Below, piece by piece: positions 56,717-64,000 of a stretch of 64,000 nt of DNA; positions within the stretch are counted from its first letter, which is position 1, and every line of letters begins with the position of its first letter. Where the stretch lies: IMG/VR virus record IMGVR_UViG_3300044956_000431, positions 32,001-96,000 of that record. One strand, 5' to 3'. The position numbers were made by a program, and so were the translations under genes. The DNA is from a virus. The notes beneath the pieces were generated by a model. The model was not told the DNA's origin. It saw only the letters and a list, made by a program, of their open reading frames with translations, and did not search any database.

Positions 56717-57346
56717 TTACCACGCACGGCAAGACCAATATCTTGCCTTTGTTCTTGGTCCTGGATTATCGCAGTTGTGTCTAGCACGGAAACTACGACG
56801 ACGTGCAGGATTTGATTTTTTAATCTTCATTGTTTTCTGGCCAGCACGCTTGGCTGACGTACCACCATGACCAAAGTTTACTTTTTTGATGTTGCCTGAG
56901 CTGGGATCGCGCACGTACACTTTGAACTTTTTGACATCACCTCTGGTAGGCTTGCCCAGTGCAACCTTGCGCCCGTGATATTCTGCTTCTCCCATGGGAT
57001 CTTGCGGACCGCTGCCTTGAGATGCAAGGTTGCCTACGTCACTGCTAGGTTCCTCCTCTGTAGGATCCTCACTGACCAACACATCGTCCACACTCATTTC
57101 CTCATCCACACAGCTACAGGCTGCTTGCATACACACTGAACATAGGTCTTCTACATGATAGCCATAACTTTCCAGTATGGCAATCAACTTGTCATCTGCT
57201 TCGATGCACAGTCTGTCTTCTTCCACAGCAATGATATGACTTTCCAACAAGCAATCTTCCTTGATATTGATAGCAAAGTCATCTCCCACTGCTGGATTTT
57301 CCATCCACTGCTCTGATTCAACGATGTAATCTTTTAGAGATTTCAT
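56717..57346 (-). CDS. probable internal head protein with basic C-terminal domain
   Basis: MKSLKDYIVE; RRSFRARHNC...ARYWSC. Confidence 0.7.
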   Translation of the reverse strand: MKSLKDYIVESEQWMENPAVGDDFAINIKEDCLLESHIIAVEEDRLCIEADDKLIAILESYGYHVEDLCSVCMQAACSCVDEEMSVDDVLVSEDPTEEEPSSDVGNLASQGSGPQDPMGEAEYHGRKVALGKPTRGDVKKFKVYVRDPSSGNIKKVNFGHGGTSAKRAGQKTMKIKKSNPARRRSFRARHNCDNPGPRTKARYWSCRAW

Positions 57347-59202
57347 GACGATTTGTACTGTTTGTAAAGACTCATCAAGTTAGATTCCATTTCTGATTCT
57401 GAAACCTGTTGAGTTGGTACCACTGGTATGGTTGTCATGCCAGTGACTTTGTTCTTGTTCAACCCGCCTGCTATGGTCTTGGTCATGTAGTCAGTGCTTT
57501 GCATTTCTGGCTTAGGTGCATTGGCTGCATCTTCTTCCATTTGTTCACAGCAACAATCTTGTTGTCCACACGCAGGGCATGCTTCTTTGTGTCCAGCGCC
57601 CGACCCCATGCCTGCCAGTTTCAGTATTTGTGCAAGTTTGATAGCATCTTCTTCCATTTGTTCACAGCCACAATCTTGTTGTCCACACGCAGGGCATGCT
57701 TCTTTGTATCCAGCACCCGACCCCATGCCTGCCAGTTTCAGTATTTGTGCAAGTTTGATAGCATCTTCATCTGTGGCGTTAACTGACAGACTCTTCTTAC
57801 CGTTTTCACCCATGCTCATGTTGATGCTCATGCCTTCTGACAACACTGTCTTGAGCTTGTTGTCAAAACTTTCTAAGATTTGGCCTTCGTACACGCCTTT
57901 CCCAAACACCATACCTTTTTTGCCTTTGCTGCCTGTGGGGGCAGATGCTACTGATCCGGCTACTGTGCTTTCTTCAGTTTCTTCTTTGCCTTTTTTCTTA
58001 GCCATCTTGGTAGCTGTGGCATACATGACTTCTTCGCCGCGCTCGCCATAGCGTTTTTCAAAATCGCCTTTGGATTTCTTCATTGACTTTACAAACTTTT
58101 CGCGCTTGGCCATTTCAGGCTTAGAGAGTTTGCGCTCGGGCATCATGCCTTCTTCGTCTTTTTCAACTTTCTGGCTGGCCATATAGTCACGTGCTGTGTC
58201 AATGTAGTCCATGGCCTTGGTGATCTTGCTCTGTACCCACTCAGGTAGATTTTGGTCATCACTTAGGATGCGATGTAGTTCTTTGGCGGCTGCTTCGATT
58301 GTATGTAGTTGCTCTTTGGCCATGTCGCCTTCGCGATCATATTCGCCACGATCTACTAACTGTGTTTCATCTTCCTTCATGCGAAGTAGTTTGCTACGAC
58401 CAGTTGGGCCTTTGGCGCCAAGTTTACGGCCTGAACCTTTGGGACGGCCTTTTTTCTTGTCTTTGAGATTACCGTGTTCGTCGTAGTCGTCATCAGTGGT
58501 TTCATCACGATTGGTACGATAGCCATACTTTTTGTGTATGTTGCGTTCGCTTTCAGGATCCTTTTGATTTTTAGTCATTGCGCCTTGTAGGCCTTTGAGC
58601 AATCGCATGTCTAGTTCGTCAAGACTTTCTTCACGCACTGTTTCCATATCGCCATCACCGTCAAGATCGGCTTTCTTTAATCCAGCGGCACGGGCCTTGG
58701 CCAGATTGCCTGTGAACTTGTTGCCTTCTTCCATGTCAGCTTCGTCCATCTTGTCATGTTTGGCACGAATCCGGGCCATAGTTTCTTTGCTGGCGCCTTC
58801 ACGTCCGGCCTTTTGTAGGGCCCTCATGCCTGTCTCACCATATTTTTTCTTGCCTAGATAAGCCTGTAATGCACTCTCATCCATGTCTGATTCTTCTATG
58901 CTTTCCTTGGCGCGAAGTTTTTTCAATACAGCACCAGCAACTTTTTCGCCGCGCTCGGCTGACCCATAGGCCTTACCAGCTTTGGCTGCGATAGTGGCAA
59001 AGGCTTTGCCTGGCTTGCCAATGTCTTTGCCGGCACGTGCCTTTTTAGCAGAATAGTCTCTGGTTGATTCGTCAACTTCTCCGGCAGCTTTTTTCATAGA
59101 TTCTTTTTTGTTGCCGTCTTTGTCCAGATCAAGGAAGTCAGGTTTACTACCTCGACCTTCCAACAGGTTCATCTTACCTAGTATTTCGTACATGTTGTTC
59201 AT
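57343..59202 (-). CDS. mosaic probable internal head protein
   Basis: Many x-x-E/S boundaries, DxDxDG motifs, LPEWVQSKIT. Confidence 0.65.
   Translation of the reverse strand: MNNMYEILGKMNLLEGRGSKPDFLDLDKDGNKKESMKKAAGEVDESTRDYSAKKARAGKDIGKPGKAFATIAAKAGKAYGSAERGEKVAGAVLKKLRAKESIEESDMDESALQAYLGKKKYGETGMRALQKAGREGASKETMARIRAKHDKMDEADMEEGNKFTGNLAKARAAGLKKADLDGDGDMETVREESLDELDMRLLKGLQGAMTKNQKDPESERNIHKKYGYRTNRDETTDDDYDEHGNLKDKKKGRPKGSGRKLGAKGPTGRSKLLRMKEDETQLVDRGEYDREGDMAKEQLHTIEAAAKELHRILSDDQNLPEWVQSKITKAMDYIDTARDYMASQKVEKDEEGMMPERKLSKPEMAKREKFVKSMKKSKGDFEKRYGERGEEVMYATATKMAKKKGKEETEESTVAGSVASAPTGSKGKKGMVFGKGVYEGQILESFDNKLKTVLSEGMSINMSMGENGKKSLSVNATDEDAIKLAQILKLAGMGSGAGYKEACPACGQQDCGCEQMEEDAIKLAQILKLAGMGSGAGHKEACPACGQQDCCCEQMEEDAANAPKPEMQSTDYMTKTIAGGLNKNKVTGMTTIPVVPTQQVSESEMESNLMSLYKQYKSS
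57527..57768. repeat. 117-bp in-frame tandem duplication
   Basis: Copies start at 57527 and 57644, 3 mismatches; GCATCTTC recurs at 57761. Confidence 0.95.
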
Positions 59203-59213
59203 TTTTGTTTTCC

Positions 59214-59813
59214 TTATCTGGCTGCGCTGTGTACAGCTGGTATTTTGTTGGTACCACCAATGGGACTCTTCTGTCCCATTGGGAAGTCGTCTGTGGTCAC
59301 TGCTGGTGGTGTCTTGCCACCAGCCACTGTGAACGAACTCTTGTATGCGTTCTTGACCACTGCATGTTCTTTGGGTGCCGCAGAATAATCTTTCTTGAGA
59401 TCACGTTGCTGTTTATCTGGGGCAGGATAATCAGTATCTGTGAGAAGATTTTTGTTTTCATCATCTTGTTTAATAACTTCTGCGTCAACGCTGTCAGCAT
59501 ATTTTTTATCAGTCATTGCAATACGATTTGGATCTAATCCCAACAGTTGAGCTATTTGGGTGATCTGTGGAGGTGTTGCTGGATAGTTAAAAATAACATC
59601 AACAAAAGTCATGCTCTCGTTTGGAAACTTAGGAAAATCAGGCAGGCTTTTTTGCACTGGTGTTTTCTTGGTATCGCTCATCGACACTACATCAAACTGC
59701 TTGAGTTTTTCTTTGAATCCACTCATAAAACCTGCGGGCAAATCTCCGGCGATTTTGATGCGATAATCGTATGTGTGTTTAGATTCTGTTAGGTATTCTG
59801 CAAAAGTTTTCAT
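59214..59813 (-). CDS. probable internal head protein
   Basis: MKTFAEYLTES resembles the T4 capsid-targeting sequence. Confidence 0.7.
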   Translation of the reverse strand: MKTFAEYLTESKHTYDYRIKIAGDLPAGFMSGFKEKLKQFDVVSMSDTKKTPVQKSLPDFPKFPNESMTFVDVIFNYPATPPQITQIAQLLGLDPNRIAMTDKKYADSVDAEVIKQDDENKNLLTDTDYPAPDKQQRDLKKDYSAAPKEHAVVKNAYKSSFTVAGGKTPPAVTTDDFPMGQKSPIGGTNKIPAVHSAAR

Positions 59814-59837
59814 ATTTAACCCCTATATCATATTTAC

Positions 59838-60320
59838 CTATGCTGGCTTCTTTGGTTGTTCGCGACGCAACAAGCGTTCCAATAGTTCGTTACGATCCAA
59901 GATATGCCCTGTGCCTGTTGTAACTTGAGGATTGTCTGAATCTTGATCCATCTTGGCTTTTTGTAGTTGAAGTTGTATCATTTTTAACTTCTTATTCATC
60001 TTGGCTGTTTTGGCAGTGATAGCATGTCCCAGCATGGCACCGGCCACAGCAAAGATTTCACTGGCATAGCGACTGTCTACCTGCATGCCCAAGTCCATGA
60101 GACTGTCATAGCTTTCCGTGGCTTTTTTGGCCAGCTCGTCCATTTCGGTATCTGATGCTTCAAGGCCGCGCACTGCCGGTAGTGCAGATTCGATCTTGTC
60201 TAAGGTAGCCAAGGATTCGGGCAGTATGGGTAGATTTCCCTCTACGTCGTTACCAGGGTGCGCAGGATCAGTATCATCTTGCCCTGGCAAATCAAAAAGT
60301 TCTTCAAGTTTGCGTGTCAT
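59838..60320 (-). CDS. possible terminase small subunit
   Basis: Helical gp16-like pattern (EIFAVA..L, DRNELL), late promoter. Confidence 0.5.
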   Translation of the reverse strand: MTRKLEELFDLPGQDDTDPAHPGNDVEGNLPILPESLATLDKIESALPAVRGLEASDTEMDELAKKATESYDSLMDLGMQVDSRYASEIFAVAGAMLGHAITAKTAKMNKKLKMIQLQLQKAKMDQDSDNPQVTTGTGHILDRNELLERLLRREQPKKPA

Positions 60321-60336
60321 GTGGGTATTTACCGCA

Positions 60337-60771
60337 TTATTTCTTGCCGTTGCGGAAGATATCGTCTTCGGTTATCACACGAAACTGAAGCCCTTGCCTG
60401 CGGCACCATTTGGTTGCCGCATCCCACTTGGCATAGTTTACAGCAACGATAGCACGATCTCGAACAGATGCTTTGCTTTCTAATACACTTTGTTTTTTGG
60501 GCTTGATTTCGATTAGCTCAGTTTTTACAGTATTATCTTTGGTGCGATACTGGATGAGAAAGTCAGGAATATAGTTGGTCATCTTGCCTGTCAGCGGATT
60601 GCGGTAGGGTATCGATATTGACTCACTGGCCCAACCCACAATGCTGTCATTGTTGTCACAGAAACGCATAAAGGCCTGTTCCCAACCTGAACGATATTTG
60701 GGCTTGCCTTTGCCTAAATACTTTTGTGAGTTGCGTACTTCAAAGAAACCCTGTGTGTAGTTCCTGCTCAT
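60337..60771 (-). CDS. head completion nuclease (gp4-like)
   Basis: YRSGWE, WASE, YIPDF, EIKP, N.AKW, FRVITE. Confidence 0.9.
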   Translation of the reverse strand: MSRNYTQGFFEVRNSQKYLGKGKPKYRSGWEQAFMRFCDNNDSIVGWASESISIPYRNPLTGKMTNYIPDFLIQYRTKDNTVKTELIEIKPKKQSVLESKASVRDRAIVAVNYAKWDAATKWCRRQGLQFRVITEDDIFRNGKK

Positions 60772-61127
60772 GGTAGAACATTACGGGCCGCATAGAAGTT
60801 TGGAGTGACCAAAGCATTTATACCCAACAAGGTGGCATTGCTACGCTGATTGTTGAGATAGTAACACAGAGTGGCTGTTAGTTGTAGTTGATCCTTTCCT
60901 TGTATTTCTGCCAGAAGCTCCATTATTGGACGTTTGGAATACTCAGCCACTTGGAACAGGCTAACCGTAAAGTTCTGCGCGGCTAGCTTATTTTTGAAAA
61001 CACGATTGAAATAGCTGAGCACAGCATCGTATTGGTCCACTGGTACGTCTGATTCAAACACATAGAATCGATCAAATACCTTGACCGTGGTATCAATTTT
61101 TGGATCACTGTAGTTTACTGATGTCAT
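60768..61127 (-). CDS. hypothetical tail-region protein
   Basis: 119 aa, overlaps both neighbours. Confidence 0.7.
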   Translation of the reverse strand: MTSVNYSDPKIDTTVKVFDRFYVFESDVPVDQYDAVLSYFNRVFKNKLAAQNFTVSLFQVAEYSKRPIMELLAEIQGKDQLQLTATLCYYLNNQRSNATLLGINALVTPNFYAARNVLP

Positions 61128-62329
61128 CTAGGCACAACCTGTGTGGAAGGGCTTGTCAATGTAGGTGTGGCCGAACGAGGTGTGGCCGGCGATGCGGTAG
61201 TAGTGTTTACCTGCGCAGGTACTTTAGGAAAGAAAAATCCATCGGCCTTGTTGGCAGCCTGACGCACTGCACCTGGCAGCTCGGCTCTGATCACGTCTTT
61301 GACCACAGCATTGGCTTCGTTACGAACGATGCTGGCAAGATTTTTTCCTTTGAATGTTTGATAAGCAGTTCCAGCTTTTTGTACAGCACCAATGATACCC
61401 AAAACTGATCCACTCTGTAGGTCGTTGACAATGCCGCCCACTGTGTCAATCAAGCCGCCCTGTCCCAATATGGTTGCACTGTTGCCCAATCTATTCAAAG
61501 GACTGCGTTTGGTATCATAGTTGGCAGGGTCAGCAAAACCTTTGATATTTGCGCTGGGTCTTGATGTATCAATCTTACCTTGATAGTATTTCACAGTTTC
61601 ATAGCGCACAACCATTTGATGTTCCATAAGACCATTGCCTTGGCTGTAATCATAGGTATCATGTCGCCAGTCAGCGATCATTGGGTTAATCAACACATAA
61701 GCACAGAAGTCATGTTGACTCATGCCATAAATCGTAATATCTTTGAAGAATGGTGCTTTGCCACCAACACCGGCTGCTCCGTCACTGTAACTTTCGCCAA
61801 TGTATCCCCAATCGTTGACTGTACGATCATCTTTATAGATGTCTCGACCGTTGTAACTGAGTTTGGGATCTCCACCGTTGCCGCTCTGTCCCAAGCTGCC
61901 TTGTGTAACAGGCACGCCCCAATACTGTTGAGTAGGATCTTTGTAGTAATAAGCAAAGTAGTTGTACCACATGTTACGGATCAAGTCGTTACCGTCATCG
62001 TGGAAAGTAAACTGACAGGGATTGTAGTTGATTTTTTTCTGCACCAACCGCTTGCGGTTGTACTGGTTCATCGTCTCTACGTCAATGTCGTAGTTGGGCA
62101 ACTGCACGGTCTTGACCAAGAGACCAAGATTTTGTTGATCAGCCCTGTTGAAAACTTCTTTGAGTTTGGGTATTTCTACTGTGTTGAGATTGAAGTAGAC
62201 GTGGAATAAAAACTTGTAGCGAGGCGCTAGCTGATATCCGTTGGCACGAAAAGTCTTGCTGGCGTGTGTGTAGTCCTTTAGATAGTCACTTCCAAAGAAC
62301 CCCTTTAGGAAGTCCTGTCCAAAGGCCAT
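61124..62329 (-). CDS. tail-tube-like baseplate protein (gp48/gp54-like)
   Basis: LVKTVQLP, NQYNRKR, TFHDD, L.NP. Confidence 0.7.
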   Translation of the reverse strand: MAFGQDFLKGFFGSDYLKDYTHASKTFRANGYQLAPRYKFLFHVYFNLNTVEIPKLKEVFNRADQQNLGLLVKTVQLPNYDIDVETMNQYNRKRLVQKKINYNPCQFTFHDDGNDLIRNMWYNYFAYYYKDPTQQYWGVPVTQGSLGQSGNGGDPKLSYNGRDIYKDDRTVNDWGYIGESYSDGAAGVGGKAPFFKDITIYGMSQHDFCAYVLINPMIADWRHDTYDYSQGNGLMEHQMVVRYETVKYYQGKIDTSRPSANIKGFADPANYDTKRSPLNRLGNSATILGQGGLIDTVGGIVNDLQSGSVLGIIGAVQKAGTAYQTFKGKNLASIVRNEANAVVKDVIRAELPGAVRQAANKADGFFFPKVPAQVNTTTASPATPRSATPTLTSPSTQVVPR

Positions 62330-62333
62330 GTCG

Positions 62334-62951
62334 TTAACCTGTTACTACGTCGCCCAGTGTTCGGCCCACTAACGCGCCAACACCAGAACCAATAGGAGTT
62401 TGGGTAGCGTTGTCAAAGCGGATGTTCATGGTAATAGTAACTGGTAAGCTCTCTGCGTAGTTGAGATCGTTGTAGTTCACTGAGGCCAAGTAGCAACCAT
62501 AGATCTCCCAAGTTTCAAGAACCACAGGAGTTGACGCACCGTTGCCACCATCGAGGATTTCACAACGTGTGGTAAACTTATAGTCAATGCCTGAACTGGC
62601 GGATGCCTGCTCCATAAAGTCCAACTGCTTTTGCAGTTGTTCGCCGACTAACTTGGCCACGTTACCACCTGCATCATCTCGCAAGTTAACTGTGAGAGCT
62701 TCCCAGCTGTATTTGCCAGCCAAATAAATGGTGGAGTTATAAACCGGTACTTGCATTTCTTCAAAGGTCACTGATGGACGTGTGAAGTCAATGACTTGTT
62801 TGGTCAACTCGGTTCTTGGTGTGCTGACTCCAAGATTCTCAAATACCACACGGAAGCGATACTTGAGCTTTGGCATGAGCAAGCCTTGTGTTGGACTTGA
62901 CTGATCACTGGCCAAAGGCACGGTCATTCTAGTTAATGATGCGATGGACAT
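62334..62951 (-). CDS. tail tube protein (gp19-like)
   Basis: PKLKYRFRV, AGKYSWE, LRDD, WEIYGC; follows sheath. Confidence 0.88.
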   Translation of the reverse strand: MSIASLTRMTVPLASDQSSPTQGLLMPKLKYRFRVVFENLGVSTPRTELTKQVIDFTRPSVTFEEMQVPVYNSTIYLAGKYSWEALTVNLRDDAGGNVAKLVGEQLQKQLDFMEQASASSGIDYKFTTRCEILDGGNGASTPVVLETWEIYGCYLASVNYNDLNYAESLPVTITMNIRFDNATQTPIGSGVGALVGRTLGDVVTG

Positions 62952-62992
62952 GTTTGTCTCCTATTATGTAATTATTTATGGCAGATGAGATC

Positions 62993-63020
62993 AAAAAAAA
63001 TGGGGCCAAAGCCCCATTTT
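62993..63020 (-). terminator. intrinsic terminator between sheath and tube genes
   Basis: ATGGGGC/GCCCCAT stem with T run; TAAATA at 62973-62978 restarts transcription. Confidence 0.8.
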
Positions 63021-63038
63021 TCTGCATTTGCGATACCG

Positions 63039-64000
63039 TTAGACGGTACTTGATGTTGCAATCTGGCCTGCAGATATCTCACCTGTGTTCTTGATTCGCA
63101 CAGGAATGTAGATAAACTCAACAGACTTGACAGGTTCAATAGCGATGTCAACATACAGTTCATTTCTGTCGATACGAGCTGGTGTGTTGTTTGATTCATC
63201 GCAAACTACCAAGTAGTCGTAGATACCACGTTTAGCGACCAAATCATTGAGTAGATTTTGAATGGAGCTAGAAATCTCATCGCGAGTGATTTGATCGTTG
63301 GGTTCAAACACAAAGTTCTTGCCAATGCTGTCTAAACGTGCTCTCAAGAATGCAACCAAACGTGCTACGTTGATACGATCCAGTGCGCTTGGTGCTGTAG
63401 CCTCTGTCTTGTTACCATAGTTCAAGATACCTGATCCAGGCAAGAACGTGATTGGGTTGATAGAGTTTTCATACAACACATCACGGATACCTTGACGGGT
63501 AGCTGTTGATACAAACTCTCCTGTCTGTGCGTTTACATATCCTAATGCAAATGCATTGTCAACAATACCACGGCGTGTACCAGCTGGTGCCAACCATGGA
63601 TAACTGACTTCGTCGCTACGCAAGATAGTACGGATCATCATATGGCTAGGTGGTTGTACCACTGTGGCACCTAAAAGATCTGTGGTCTGACATGAAGGAT
63701 AAAAAGTGCCTAGAAATGCATCTGCTGTGACCAGGCCGTCTTCGCTGTCTAACCCCATACCTGCGGCATTGGTAGCCCAGGCAGTGATAGCATCAGCGCT
63801 GTCATCTAGTCGCATTGGTGTGTCACCAATCACAAACGCTGTTTGACCGCGTTCGTTGTTGAGTGCTACCATGTTAGGAATCAGCTCAGGGTAGTTTGGT
63901 GTAGCTATCAAGTTAAACTGGCGTTGTTCTTCGCGCAGTTCCTGATTGCTGTCAATGCTGGACTTCATGGCCATTACCACCATGGCACGCACTGCTTTAC
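63039..64000 (-). CDS. tail sheath protein (gp18-like), 3' part
   Basis: WLAPAG.RRG, INPI, LDRINVARL, FEPND, VCDESNNTP, EFIYIP. Confidence 0.95.
   Translation of the reverse strand, partial: KAVRAMVVMAMKSSIDSNQELREEQRQFNLIATPNYPELIPNMVALNNERGQTAFVIGDTPMRLDDSADAITAWATNAAGMGLDSEDGLVTADAFLGTFYPSCQTTDLLGATVVQPPSHMMIRTILRSDEVSYPWLAPAGTRRGIVDNAFALGYVNAQTGEFVSTATRQGIRDVLYENSINPITFLPGSGILNYGNKTEATAPSALDRINVARLVAFLRARLDSIGKNFVFEPNDQITRDEISSSIQNLLNDLVAKRGIYDYLVVCDESNNTPARIDRNELYVDIAIEPVKSVEFIYIPVRIKNTGEISAGQIATSSTV

Noticed and set aside
57409-58861. Plus-strand ORFs opposite real genes, here and throughout
   Set aside because: Antisense shadows with no motifs or expression signals
60337-60771. TnsA-like transposase
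   Set aside because: Size and tail-gene context match gp4 head-completion nuclease; no transposon ends or partner genes

Overview
A 64 kb segment of a large T4-like (myovirus-type) dsDNA phage, coded almost entirely on the minus strand with many overlapping stop/start junctions. Core genes: ATP-dependent DNA ligase, class Ia RNR with glutaredoxin, DnaB-type helicase, primase, UvsW/UvsX/UvsY, gp32-like SSB, large terminase, head-completion nuclease, tail tube and partial sheath, PAAR, a tail-spike-like protein and many probable internal head proteins. About 25 accessory enzymes are interleaved with the core: glycosyltransferases, a cytidylyltransferase-cupin, methyltransferases, four SGNH-like proteins, two radical SAM enzymes with phage IscU/IscA, an amidinotransferase and 2OG-Fe(II) oxygenase-like proteins. 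Together they look like a dispersed glycan or other modification pathway. Main oddities: a 193-aa miniature DnaE-like protein that keeps all three catalytic-Asp motifs; a probably virion-packaged nucleotidyltransferase/ligase-like fusion; TAAATA late promoters placed for leaderless transcripts, including an 18-bp palindromic bidirectional one; and signs of transition-biased decay. Family calls come from motif recognition only, with no database searches. No rRNA, tRNA or CRISPR array was recognised.
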